Notes under the pieces: generated by a model
The model's input: the letters and a program-made list of their open reading frames with translations, nothing else
What the model was told of the DNA's origin: nothing
Database searches by the model: none
Made by a program: the position numbers and the translations under genes
Shown: positions 24,106 through 34,153 of the stretch, in pieces
Layout of the letters: each line of letters opens with the position of its first letter
Position numbering within the stretch: position 1 is the first letter of the stretch
NCBI GenBank assembly: GCA_963823665.1
Contig: CAWGMQ010000010.1
Span: 1,408,001-1,472,000, forward strand
Direction of reading: 5' to 3'
DNA length: 64,000 bases
Origin: an uncultured Planctomycetota bacterium
GTDB taxonomy: Bacteria; Planctomycetota; Planctomycetia; Isosphaerales; Isosphaeraceae

Positions 24106-24613
24106 CGAGAAGCTCTGGACCGCTTTAAGTCCGGCGCCGCCGGCCCTGACCTTGCCGGACTCAGTTGACGTCGATGCGTTCGCACTGCGAGTCCGCCGGG
24201 CTTTATTCGACCCAGTTTCGCCATCGATCTTATCCCCGCGGCGCCGCCAAGACAACCACCATGCGGCAGTCAGCTAGTAGGGGTCATCGAGCACGTATGA
24301 CGCGAATCGGTCCTGCAAGAAATTGCCGCGCCAGTGCTCGCGCAGGATTGACGATGGCCAGTGGCTGGGGCGGAGGACAGGGCTTCGTGGCGAGGAGACC
24401 TGAGCGCCGTCGCAGGGACCAAGACCGAAGAAGGGCGGCAGGAAGCCGCCCCGCATTCCACCTTCGGGATTGGTATCAAAGCGCTCAATCGTTTTTGCTC
24501 GTTTTTTGTTCAACCACTAGCTAACGCCGCAAACCGGAAACTCCGTTTCACGCTGAATCATTACAGTCCCGCGTCGGGTCTGAGTGCTCGCAAATCATTA
24601 CTCGCTTGGCGAT

Positions 24614-24687
24614 TGGGCGCACGAGGATTCGAACCTCGGACCTCACCCTTATCAGGGGTGCGCTCTAGCCACCTGAGCTATGCGCCC
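24614..24687 (-). tRNA. tRNA-Ile(GAT)
   Basis: Reverse complement GGGCGCATAGCTCAGGTGGCTAGAGCGCACCCCT-GAT-AAGGGTGAGGTCCGAGGTTCGAATCCTCGTGCGCCCA folds as a cloverleaf; no encoded CCA. Confidence 0.97.
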
Positions 24688-24940
24688 TTACAAATCCAGC
24701 CGCGGCTTAAACCGTTCCAAGATTGGCTGTTGCGGAAAGTCCGATTTGCGGAATCAACCACAGCAAACGGTGATCAGCGCGACTGAGACATATGGTATTT
24801 GAAGCACGCACGCGATGCAACCCCTAGCAACCACTCAGCTCGAAAGCAATTCGATCATCTGAATCGTCGAAGAGTGGCGACGTTCGCCAGTTCAGCTCTC
24901 AGGAACTTTCTCTCCTCCTTGCTGAGTCCGGTGTTTATCG

Positions 24941-25564
24941 GTGGACAAGGATGCCATCCCCGAGCTGAACGCACTCCTGAGTGACCCCGACCCGTTCGTG
25001 CGATTCGAAGCCGCTGGCACCCTGGGTTGGCTCGGTCCGGCGGCCAGCGACACGATCCCCACCCTGGTCAAGCTCCTGGACTCCGATGTGCACGTGAAAA
25101 GCACCGCCGCTGGCGCTCTGGGCCGGCTGGGATCGGTGGCCGACGACGCGGTTCCCTCGCTGATCAAGCTGCTGAGCGACCGCGAGCCAAACGTGCGATG
25201 GGAAGCCGTCCGGGCACTGAGCCGGATCGGACCGGCGGCCAAGACCGCCATCCCCGCCCTGGTCAAGCTCCTGAATGGCTCCGATGCGTCAATGCGATTC
25301 TTCGTCGCCACACTCCTGGGCCGGCTTGGACCTGCGGCCAACGCGGCCGTTCCCGAGCTGATCAAGCTGCTGAGCGACCCCGAGCCAGGCGTGAGACGGG
25401 CCGCCGCGGAAGTGCTGGGCGAGATCGGGCCCGCCGCCTAGGCCGCCATCCCCGCGTTGGTCAAGCTCCAGAACGACCCGAATCCGTACGTGCAATCCGT
25501 TGTCCCAGACGCGCTGCAACGGATTCGACAGGAAGGCGCGCCCGCTGGCTCCGGCCGGAACTAG
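24941..25564 (+). pseudogene. HEAT/PBS-lyase repeat protein, 5'-truncated with an in-frame TAG at 25439-25441
   Basis: Repeats of AIPALVKLLSD...VR..AA.ALG.IGPAA; the repeat continues in frame after the TAG. Confidence 0.75.
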
Positions 25565-25678
25565 CCGAACGCTCGATCGGTGCTCCTGGCGCTCGATCAT
25601 CTGCGGGATTTCGCCGGCGTCCACGTCGATGAAGAACGCTCGCACCGATGTGCCTGGTGGTCCTGGTCGCTGGTCTGG

Positions 25679-26733
25679 TTACGCTAGACCATTCTCATAC
25701 CGCTGCACGATCCGCCTCGCCCGCTCACAGACAGCGTACCTCAACTCCTCGGGCTCGATCACTTCTACGCCGTCACCGAAGCTGAGCACCCACGGGACGA
25801 TCTGTTCCACGGTTTCCACGGTCATGACCAGCTCGATCGTTCCGTCAGGCTCCGGCGGCATCATCTCCGCGCTTTTGCCGGGTATGTCGCGGATCAATGG
25901 TGCGACTCGGGCATCGAATCGCAGGCGGACTGCCGTCCAGTCATCGCCCTGCGGCGGCCTTGATTCCTCGAGGAACTTCTCGAGGCGAAACCTTGGTGGA
26001 ATCGCATAGTCCTCGCCGGTCGCCCGCGCCGACTCGATCGACGTCAGCCAGTAAAGCCGCACGCGCAGGTCGAGCGAGGAATGGCCGACAAGGGCCCACT
26101 GGCCCTGGAGCATCACAAGCTGGTGTAGCTCGAAGAACGTCGTCGAAACCGGCCCCGCGGCGCGCTCGCGATACTGAAGCCGGAGACGCTGCCGGTGTAA
26201 TAGCGCGATGACGATCGTCTCGTAAATCGCGTGCAGTTCCTTGGAGATCACCGTGGCCGGTTCGGCCGCCGGCAGCAGCTCGCCCATGTCGGCAACGCGG
26301 TCGCGCAGGCCATGGGGAAGAGCGTGAAGGACCTTGGAAAGGGCCTCGCGCCCGGCAGCACTGCGCCGAACGGATCGGGAATGCTCCCCACGCGGCTCAT
26401 GATCAACAGCGCAAGCGCCTCGCGGTCGTCGAGTTGCGGCGGCTGGAGCAGGCAGTCGTCGCGAATCTCATATCCGTGGCGATCAGACACGTATACCAGA
26501 GAAAGCCCCGCGGTCTCCATTGTCGCCAGGTCGCGATAAATCGTGCGCCGGCTGACCCCGCACGCGTCCGCCAGCCGCTGCACGTTCGGAAACCGCTCCG
26601 ATTGCAGGATCATCACCTCCTGGAGCAGCCGCGCCAGCGGTAGCCGCAATCGTGGCGATTGGGCGCCAAAACTCACCGCGCCATTATGAAAGCCATTTTC
26701 CACGCAGACATCCGACTGCATGACTGCACTCAT
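25679..26733 (-). CDS. HTH-WYL-WCX transcriptional regulator (frameshift at ~26350)
   Basis: LADACGVSRRTIYRDL HTH; QWALVGH WYL-like motif; WVLSFGDGVEVIEPEELR WCX. Confidence 0.88.
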
Positions 26734-26899
26734 GTATCGATAGACGAGCGATCTCGCGAGCGCCGACGCCCGCTGATCACGGTAAGACATTTTTGGGGAG
26801 AGTGAGAACTCGGCGACGTGAGTTTTGTCGAAATACCTGATTGGGACGGGAATAACGGGGATACGGCTTGGCGTTCGGCGGCGAGGCTATGCGAGCCAG

Positions 26900-26928
26900 T
26901 TGACATGGCCGATATCGTGCGTTATCGT
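26900..26928 (+). promoter_or_regulatory. Sigma70-type promoter for tRNA-Phe
   Basis: TTGACA-17 nt-TATCGT, 21 nt upstream of the tRNA. Confidence 0.7.
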
Positions 26929-26949
26929 CACATACGTACATGAATGTCG

Positions 26950-27022
26950 GGGCAGATAGCTCAGTTGGTAGAGCACAGGACTGAAAATCCTGGTGTCGTG
27001 AGTTCAATTCTCACTCTGCCCA
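26950..27022 (+). tRNA. tRNA-Phe(GAA)
   Basis: GGGCAGA/TCTGCCC acceptor stem, CAGGA-CTGAAAA-TCCTG anticodon arm, TTCAATT T-loop. Confidence 0.97.
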
Positions 27023-27082
27023 TTTGGTCCGATCGAACGGGACGCTGAACTTCCCGCACGTGGCATTACCGGTCTTGCCGGA

Positions 27083-27793
27083 GTGAAGCCGCGTCAAGGT
27101 GCCGAGCTCGCCAGTCCTAGGGGATCATCTCGAGTTAGCGAAGCGCTTCTCATCCGGGTACAGCGGTACGCTGCCGAGTTGGACAAGCCGATCACAAGAC
27201 GAGCGCGAACCGTGAGGGGGCGCACGAACCGCATTCGAAGGAATCGTCTCAATCAGCTTCGAGCCGCGGCCAGACTGCGTCGAATTGAAGGCGTCCTTGC
27301 TGTCGGCAACTGGCTTTATGGGGCGGTGAGCCTTGTGGAAGGAAACTGGCGACGGGAAGTTATTGAAGGTAACACGATTTACGACCCCGACGAAGAGACG
27401 TCGATCATGGACTTCTTCCGTGAGTGGTCGGCCCCGTGCGATCGCTGTCTGAAGGAGATCAACCTCGTCAGTGCGAAGCGTCTGCGGGTCGAGGGCGCGG
27501 ATCGTTTCAAGAGCAATCGCGTGCAAGCTAGGGCGATACTCGCGGGAAACAGCCCGTTCTTTGATGACCCAAAGAATGCCGCGCGATGGGCGAGAGTAAC
27601 AGGATTTCTTCACCCTGATGTTCGCCCCGTTCGTGTCGACGAGGATGGGCACATTTTCGAGGTTTCGGGCGAACAATTCCACATGCCCGGACTTGAGCCA
27701 GCTAACATTCTAGAGGCCTTCGACGACGAACGCGCCGGCCGACTTCATTCGTTCGAGGAAGTTGTCCGCTCGCTCGATCAGCATGAAATATGA
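27083..27793 (+). CDS. Hypothetical protein with an antitoxin-like C-terminus (start uncertain)
   Basis: Ends ILEAFDDERAGRLHSFEEVVRSL; overlapped by ATG at 27783 (MKYELEFT). Confidence 0.55.
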   Translation: MKPRQGAELASPRGSSRVSEALLIRVQRYAAELDKPITRRARTVRGRTNRIRRNRLNQLRAAARLRRIEGVLAVGNWLYGAVSLVEGNWRREVIEGNTIYDPDEETSIMDFFREWSAPCDRCLKEINLVSAKRLRVEGADRFKSNRVQARAILAGNSPFFDDPKNAARWARVTGFLHPDVRPVRVDEDGHIFEVSGEQFHMPGLEPANILEAFDDERAGRLHSFEEVVRSLDQHEI

Positions 27794-28156
27794 GCTTGAA
27801 TTCACGGAATGGTGGTGCTCGCAAGTCGCGATTTGCCGCGGGCTACGTCTTCCCGGTTCGCCCGAACGCATGCGCTCGAGCTCGTGGCTGCCAGGCTCTC
27901 GCCTCCCCGCGAAGTCCCTCCAAGTCGGCTCCGCCTGTTGGTTATTGCCCGGCTTGAACCGATCGGCGGAGTTCGAGCTGGCGTTCGATGCTCGGGCCGA
28001 GTTCGGCCTTTCCCGATTTTCGGCCTCCCCTGGGACTGGACGAGTTGGATCCGGGCGAGCTGGTCTCCGCCGGCCGTATGCCAGCCCGGTCTCCGGGCGT
28101 TACAATCCTGTGAGGATACCGCAATGAACGGTTGATGTCGTTCGGAGGGAAGACCG

Positions 28157-28483
28157 ATGCCGCCGATTCGTTTCCGAATCCGGACGGTCATGATCGTCGT
28201 CGCATCGCTGGCCGTGGGGATGGCCATGGTGAAGGCTCTGAGGGGGCCTTTCTTCGAAAACATGGTGATGTTCACGGCAGCGGTCGTTTTTCTCGCGGCC
28301 GCAACGGTCGTTTTTCTCGTCTCCGTGATCGTTTTTCTCGTCGCTGTTGTCCGTGATCTCTGCGCTTTCGCGGCTCATTTCTGGCGTTGCCGAACGAGAC
28401 TGTTGAAATTTCCAACGCATGTGAATAGTTCGTTCCGGGGACGAGAACCCGGCCGGAGCCGGGGGCCGGACGGAGTGCAGTAG
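28157..28483 (+). CDS. Small membrane protein with RFRIRT leader
   Basis: MPPIRFRIRTVMIVVA + TM helices; RBS GGAGG. Confidence 0.7.
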   Translation: MPPIRFRIRTVMIVVASLAVGMAMVKALRGPFFENMVMFTAAVVFLAAATVVFLVSVIVFLVAVVRDLCAFAAHFWRCRTRLLKFPTHVNSSFRGREPGRSRGPDGVQ

Positions 28484-28492
28484 AAGGGGCCG

Positions 28493-28738
28493 ATGATGCC
28501 GCTGATTCGATACCGGATCCAGACGATCATGAAGGTGATCGCGTCCGTGGCCGTTCTCGTGGCTCTCCTCCGATTGGCGGTTGAGGCTGACGACACGCTC
28601 ATCCTTGCCTCGATCATCGTTCTAACCGGCCCGCTCGTGCTCTATGGTTGGTTTTTCCGCACACCGCAGCGGCAACTCACGATATCCCGATCGCGGATTC
28701 AAGAAGCCGGCGAAAGCGGGGAGCCGAAGAGTCTGTAG
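28493..28738 (+). CDS. Small membrane protein with RYRIQT leader
   Basis: MPLIRYRIQTIMKVIA + 2 TM. Confidence 0.65.
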   Translation: MMPLIRYRIQTIMKVIASVAVLVALLRLAVEADDTLILASIIVLTGPLVLYGWFFRTPQRQLTISRSRIQEAGESGEPKSL

Positions 28739-28742
28739 TTGG

Positions 28743-28988
28743 TCACTTCTTCTGATCGACCGGAGACCCCATGTCCTGCCATTTCTCCGCGTCCGGACTA
28801 ACCCAGCAGCGTCCGGTGGTCGAATCGATGACGACCACGCCCCCGGCAAACGCCGACGCCTGGTATCGACCTGGCGTCATCGAGTGCGCCGGTTGTCCTT
28901 GACCGGATGTGGGACGAGTCAGCAATAGGCCGACCACGATGGCGAGCACCAGCAAGCATCCGAATGTCAGAACAGAAGTTCGACGCAT
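28743..28988 (-). CDS. Small secreted protein
   Basis: Signal peptide; GRYQ...VVIDSTTGRCW; RBS GGAG. Confidence 0.7.
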   Translation of the reverse strand: MRRTSVLTFGCLLVLAIVVGLLLTRPTSGQGQPAHSMTPGRYQASAFAGGVVVIDSTTGRCWVSPDAEKWQDMGSPVDQKK

Positions 28989-29271
28989 CGTATCATCTCC
29001 CCCAGCGGACAGGCGATGGAATTGCGATTCTGACGCCTTGCCTGGAGTCAGGTCCTTGTCTCAGGCTGTGGCGTAGCGGCCGGCATTATGGTCGAGGCCG
29101 AACTGTGGTCAAGACCAACGGTCATCCCAGCCGATGCCAGGCCACCACCCGCTCGATCGGATCAAGCCGGCGCTGGTCGCGGTCGATCGTATGCCGGGCA
29201 GGCCATTGGTTGTTACAATGCTTCATGTGAGTGGGCGGGACATGCCGTTTACGTCGCGGGGCACGGGACTG

Positions 29272-29550
29272 ATGTCGCGTATTCGCTTCCGAATCCGCAC
29301 GATCATGATCGCAATCGCGGTGGTGGCCGTGCTGATGGGCTTCCTCCGCTTGCCGGATGAAGTGCGAGCCGGTGTCGAATTGATCCTCTTCCTTGCCGTG
29401 ATCGTCGGTGTATTTGCGGAGTTCGTGGTTTTCTCGACATATTTGTGGCCGGGCACAAGGCCGCATGGCCGTCATTTGAGAAGGATCAAGTATCACCCCG
29501 GGATGACGCAAGCTCAACCGAAGCGGGGAGTCCGCGAGAGTGTTGGTTAA
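29272..29550 (+). CDS. Small membrane protein with RFRIRT leader
   Basis: MSRIRFRIRTIMIAIAVVA + 2 TM. Confidence 0.65.
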   Translation: MSRIRFRIRTIMIAIAVVAVLMGFLRLPDEVRAGVELILFLAVIVGVFAEFVVFSTYLWPGTRPHGRHLRRIKYHPGMTQAQPKRGVRESVG

Positions 29551-30197
29551 TGGGCGGCCAAAGCGTGCGAGGCTATCTGCGGTTCAGCGTGCGTGGGATG
29601 CTCATCGTCGTGCTGGTCATCGGCGCATGGCTCGGCTGGATCGCGAGAAACGCACGGATTCAGCGAGAGGCGGTGAGGGCGATCAAGCAGGCGGGTGGCG
29701 ATGTCCTTTACGATTTCCGATGGAAAAGCGGTCAATCGATCCAGGGAGGAAAACCGTTCGGCCCGAAGTGGTTGGTTGACCTGCTCGGTGTTGATCATTT
29801 CTGTGAGGTGACATGGGTGAGCTTCGTTCGTTCGCCGTGTTCCGACGACGAGTTGAAACAAATCGGCCGCCTGAAACGCCTCGAGACTCTTATTCTTATC
29901 GGGTCCAAAATGACCGATGACGGCTTGGACAATCTCGAAGTGCTCGCGGAGCTACGACTCCTCGAGCTTCACTCAGCCCGCATCACCGACGCTGGCTTCG
30001 CGCGTCTGAGGGGTCTGGCCAAACTCACGGACCTGGACATCTCCGACTGCGACGTTTCCGACAAAGGGCTCGAGAGTCTGAGCGGTTTGACGAGCCTCCG
30101 CTCGATTGGTATCCGGCGGACGAGGATCACGGGCTCCGGGTTCGAACGCCTCCAGCGCGATCTGCCGCGGGTCAGGTTGGCGGACATTCACCCTTAG
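29550..30197 (+). CDS. Leucine-rich repeat protein 1
   Basis: LRFSVRGML leader, QREAVRAI..AGG, 24-aa LRRs. Confidence 0.85.
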   Translation: MGGQSVRGYLRFSVRGMLIVVLVIGAWLGWIARNARIQREAVRAIKQAGGDVLYDFRWKSGQSIQGGKPFGPKWLVDLLGVDHFCEVTWVSFVRSPCSDDELKQIGRLKRLETLILIGSKMTDDGLDNLEVLAELRLLELHSARITDAGFARLRGLAKLTDLDISDCDVSDKGLESLSGLTSLRSIGIRRTRITGSGFERLQRDLPRVRLADIHP

Positions 30198-30223
30198 GGT
30201 CCACGACTGCACCGGAGCAATTG

Positions 30224-30523
30224 ATGCCACCGATGCGCTTCCGAACTCGGTCGCTGATCCTCGCGGTCGCCGCGCTCGCCATCCCGGCGGCGTTCTTCCG
30301 TCCGGATTCGTACAACGATCCGCCCTTCCTGAGCGTCGCGTATTGTGCAATCATCGTCGCTGGACTCGTGCAATTGTTGATTTATGCAATCAGCCTTGTT
30401 CAAATCACGGATGCCGAGGACTCCATTCCCGGAACGGGTGGATCGTCACATTCGGAAACCAGACTCGGAGCAGGGCAGGAGGGCGCAGAAGATTCAGGTC
30501 AAGACGGAGCTGAGCGTCGATGA
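30224..30523 (+). CDS. Small membrane protein with RFRTRS leader
   Basis: MPPMRFRTRSLILAVA; RBS GGAG. Confidence 0.6.
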   Translation: MPPMRFRTRSLILAVAALAIPAAFFRPDSYNDPPFLSVAYCAIIVAGLVQLLIYAISLVQITDAEDSIPGTGGSSHSETRLGAGQEGAEDSGQDGAERR

Positions 30524-30683
30524 AATCCTGTCCGACGACGTTGCAGAGATTCCAGTTCAACACGGCTCACAATTCGTTCGTTCAATCGCTAGAATGATGC
30601 GGGTCGTGCGCAAGCGGCGAAAGCGCGGTGCGGGTTGGAACAAGTGCCCTGAAGACGGTCTCTCGCAACGCTTTGGAGGCGAT

Positions 30684-31436
30684 ATGAGCTCGGTAACGAC
30701 CCCACAATCCATCGAGCCTTCCGGATCCGCCGACATTTCGCCCCGACCCATCCCCAGCTTGGACGAGCTTTACGCGCTGACGTCCGAGCCCGATCATCGT
30801 GCCGTCATCCGTGGTGTCGACTGGGCCTTCTATGAGCAGCTCGTTGACTCGATCCCGGAGGGCACTCATCTCCGGATCGATTTCGATGGAAAGGATGTCG
30901 AGATCATGGCCCCGAGCCCGCTTCACGATGGAGACAAGAAGCTATTTGGCCAACTGGTTGAGGCGATTGCTCAAGAACTGGAGATCCCATACAATAGCGC
31001 TGGTTCGACCACATGGAAACGGCTTGAGGTCGCCCGCGGGTTGGAATCCGACGAATGCTACTTTTTCGACCTCCGCAAGCTGGCAGCGATCGCCGGAGCC
31101 AGGGCGAGACGATCGAAGAAAATCACCGATTATCCCAATCCCGATCTTGGCATCGAGGTCGACATCACTCCGTCAAAGATCGATCGGCCCGGCATCTACG
31201 CCGCTCTGAAGGTGTCCGAGGTTTGGCGGTTCGACGGCGAAGGCGATGAGGTCATCATCGAGAGGCTGGGTGAGGACGGTTCCTTTCACGCTGTCGACAG
31301 CAGCATGTTCCTGCCGATTCGCGACACGGAGATCCGACGATGGGTGGTTGACGAGGACTCGAGCGACCAGTCGGCCTGGGCTCGCCGGCTCCGGGCGTGG
31401 GTTCGAGCCGAGTTGGCTCCCCGTTTGTCACGGTGA
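30684..31436 (+). CDS. Uma2 family (DUF820) putative endonuclease
   Basis: GVDWAFYE, EIMAPSPLH, GLESDECYF, PDLGIEVD, YAALKVSEVWRFD. Confidence 0.9.
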   Translation: MSSVTTPQSIEPSGSADISPRPIPSLDELYALTSEPDHRAVIRGVDWAFYEQLVDSIPEGTHLRIDFDGKDVEIMAPSPLHDGDKKLFGQLVEAIAQELEIPYNSAGSTTWKRLEVARGLESDECYFFDLRKLAAIAGARARRSKKITDYPNPDLGIEVDITPSKIDRPGIYAALKVSEVWRFDGEGDEVIIERLGEDGSFHAVDSSMFLPIRDTEIRRWVVDEDSSDQSAWARRLRAWVRAELAPRLSR

Positions 31437-31510
31437 TCGGCGATCGCTACACGCCTCGTTTACGGAGATGAACGAGTTCGAGACGGTACCTGCCCTGGAG
31501 ACTGGCCACC

Positions 31511-32536
31511 ATGCGGGCCAAGCCCGTCTTGCGTCCCTGCCGAAGATTCATGCGGTTCAGCGTGCGGGGGCTGATCGTCCTTGTGCTCTTGATCGGCGCC
31601 TGGGTCGGCTCGATCGTGCGAAGTGCCCGCATCCAGCGCGAGGCGGTGGCAGCGATTCAGAAGGAGGGTAATGGCGTCGCATACAACTGGGAGTGGAGCA
31701 ATGGGAGTTTCGTCGTACCGCGCGGACGACCCTGGGTTCCACGCCGGCTGGTCGATCTTCTGGGGATCGACTACTTCGGCCACGTCACTTCTGTCTGGCT
31801 TCGAGATACCACCGATTTGGCGATTGCGAACGTCTCGCGTCTCGATCGCCTCGAGCAACTGAAAATCAATACGCTTGCCAGGACCGGCGCCCGGGCCAAC
31901 ATCGACGACTATCTGGCACAGCTAAGCGGCCTGACTGAGCTCACCGAGCTCGATCTCGGATTCGCGGCGGTCACCGATGCGGGGCTCGCTCATCTGAAAG
32001 GCATGACCAAGCTGTCGACGCTCCAGCTCCGGAGTGCCGCAATTACGGATGCTGGGTTGGCGCATCTGGAGGGTCTGACCAACCTCAGGGCGCTCGCTGT
32101 TTTTGACACACGAATCACGGGCGCCGGGCTCGTTCATCTGAAAGGGTTGAGCAAGCTTTCGGGCCTCTTTCTCAGAAGCTCGCAAATCGACGGCAACGGG
32201 CTCGAGCACCTGAGCGGGCTGGCCGGCCTCACGTCGCTTAGCCTCATTGGATCGCCGGTGACCGATGCGGGGTTAGCGCATTGCAAGGACCTGACCAGGC
32301 TTCGTGACTTCAGCCTCGATGGCGCGCAGATCTCTGACGCCGGAGTTGCGAATTTGAGCGGGCTGACGAGCATCGCCATGCTCTCGCTCTCCGGCACGAA
32401 GGTCTCCGACACAGGATTGGTGCACCTGAAGGGGTTGACCAAGCTGACCAGCCTCAACCTCGGCGGCACTCGAGTTACTGACGCTGGAGTGAAAGAACTA
32501 CAGAAAGCTTTGCTGCGCCTGGAGATCTCCCGCTGA
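31511..32536 (+). CDS. Leucine-rich repeat protein 2
   Basis: RFSVRGL leader + TM; repeats of L..LT.L..L.L....VTDAGLAH. Confidence 0.92.
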   Translation: MRAKPVLRPCRRFMRFSVRGLIVLVLLIGAWVGSIVRSARIQREAVAAIQKEGNGVAYNWEWSNGSFVVPRGRPWVPRRLVDLLGIDYFGHVTSVWLRDTTDLAIANVSRLDRLEQLKINTLARTGARANIDDYLAQLSGLTELTELDLGFAAVTDAGLAHLKGMTKLSTLQLRSAAITDAGLAHLEGLTNLRALAVFDTRITGAGLVHLKGLSKLSGLFLRSSQIDGNGLEHLSGLAGLTSLSLIGSPVTDAGLAHCKDLTRLRDFSLDGAQISDAGVANLSGLTSIAMLSLSGTKVSDTGLVHLKGLTKLTSLNLGGTRVTDAGVKELQKALLRLEISR

Positions 32537-32689
32537 TCTGCGGCCCGTGCAAACGGCATCGAATCGTCCCTGTTGCAGGCGCGAGTTGAATCGCAACCGA
32601 TGGAATGAAACGCGCGAGTACTTGGTATGATCTGAGCCGGCGGAGCGAATCGCCTTCGAAGGGCCCCGGATCCCGGGAGAATTTCGACG

Positions 32690-34000
32690 ATGCCGGCCAA
32701 ATTCGGCCCACTTCCCTGGCGAAGATTCTTGCGATTCAGCGTGCTTGGGCTGATCGTCGTTTTGCTGATCGGTGGATGGCTTGGGTGGTTCGTGCGAAGC
32801 GCGCGTATTCAGCGCGAGGCGGTGGCTGCGATCCGCAAGGACGGCAATTTCGTCAAATACAACTGGGAGTGGAAGAATGGGAGTGTCGTTGGCCCGCCTG
32901 GAAATTCCCGAGCACTACGCCGCCTGGTCGATCTTCTGGGGATCGACTATTTCGGCCATGTCACGTCCGTCTGGCTCCGAGATACCACCCCTACCGCGAT
33001 CGCGCACGTCGCGCGTCTCGAACTTCTCGAGCAACTCCGCCTCGATGGTTCTCCAAAGTTCGGTGATCGGTCCAACATCGACGATTATCTGGCGCAGTTA
33101 AGCGGCCTGACTGAGCTCACCGAGCTCGGCCTTGGCCGCTTGCGCATCACCGACGCCGGAGTCGCGCATCTGAAAAACATGACGAAGATGTCGAAGCTCC
33201 ACCTCTACCAAGCCGAACTTACCGATGGTGGGCTGGCGCATCTGCGGGGGATGACCGAACTCACAGAACTCGACCTCGGCCAGACGCACGTAACCGATGC
33301 AGGGCTAGCGCGCCTGAAACACTTGACGAAGCTGTCGAAGCTGCGCCTCCGCGGCGACAAGCTTACCGATGCAGGACTCGCGCAACTGCACGGCATGACT
33401 GAACTCACGGAGCTCGACCTTGGCGTCGCGCCGGTTACCGATGAAGGGCTAGCCCATCTGAAAGACATGACCAAGCTGTCGTCGCTGCACGTCTGGAGTG
33501 ACAAAATTACCGATGAAGGGCTGGCGCATCTGGAGGATCTGACCAACCTCTCGACTCTGGTTCTGAACGACACGCGAGTCACCGACGCAGGGCTCGCACA
33601 TCTGAAAGGGCTGACCAAGCTTTCGGCGCTCGTCCTCGAAGGTTCGCAAATCGACGGCACTGGGCTTGAGCACCTCGGCGGGATGGCCGGCCTAGGACTA
33701 CTCAGCCTCAACATATCGCCGGTGACCGATGCGGGCTTGGCGCATTGCAAGGGGCTAACCAGTCTCCGCGACTTGAGCCTGGACTACACGCAGATCTCCG
33801 ACGCTGGACTTGCGCACTTGAGCGGGCTGACGAACCTCGACATGCTCTCCCTCTGGGACACTAAAATCACCGACGCCGGATTGGTTCATTTGAAAGGGCT
33901 GACCAAGCTGACCAGCCTCAACCTCTACGGCACTCAGGTCACCGACGCTGGAGTGAAAGAACTACAGCAAGCTTTGCCGCGCCTGGATATCTCGCGCTGA
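32690..34000 (+). CDS. Leucine-rich repeat protein 3
   Basis: Close paralog of LRR 2 with about four extra repeats. Confidence 0.92.
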   Translation: MPAKFGPLPWRRFLRFSVLGLIVVLLIGGWLGWFVRSARIQREAVAAIRKDGNFVKYNWEWKNGSVVGPPGNSRALRRLVDLLGIDYFGHVTSVWLRDTTPTAIAHVARLELLEQLRLDGSPKFGDRSNIDDYLAQLSGLTELTELGLGRLRITDAGVAHLKNMTKMSKLHLYQAELTDGGLAHLRGMTELTELDLGQTHVTDAGLARLKHLTKLSKLRLRGDKLTDAGLAQLHGMTELTELDLGVAPVTDEGLAHLKDMTKLSSLHVWSDKITDEGLAHLEDLTNLSTLVLNDTRVTDAGLAHLKGLTKLSALVLEGSQIDGTGLEHLGGMAGLGLLSLNISPVTDAGLAHCKGLTSLRDLSLDYTQISDAGLAHLSGLTNLDMLSLWDTKITDAGLVHLKGLTKLTSLNLYGTQVTDAGVKELQQALPRLDISR

Positions 34001-34087
34001 TCTACGGCCCGTGCAATCGGCATGGAATCCTCCCTGCTGTATCGCGCGAGTGGAGTCGCAATCGATTGAATGAAGCGCGCGCGTAAT

Positions 34088-34096
34088 TGGTATAAT
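34088..34096 (+). promoter_or_regulatory. Extended -10 promoter element (paralogous copy TGGTATGAT at 32623-32631)
   Basis: TGGTATAAT in a duplicated intergenic spacer upstream of an LRR gene. Confidence 0.55.
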
Positions 34097-34153
34097 TTGA
34101 TCCGCGGAGCGAATCGCCGCCGAAGAGTGTCGAATCCCAGAGAGTGTCGACCA

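Noticed and set aside
25439..25441. In-frame TAG (and TGA at 23218) as pyrrolysine, selenocysteine or readthrough
   Set aside because: Both genes are otherwise truncated or broken, and no recoding machinery or signal is visible; nonsense mutation is simpler.
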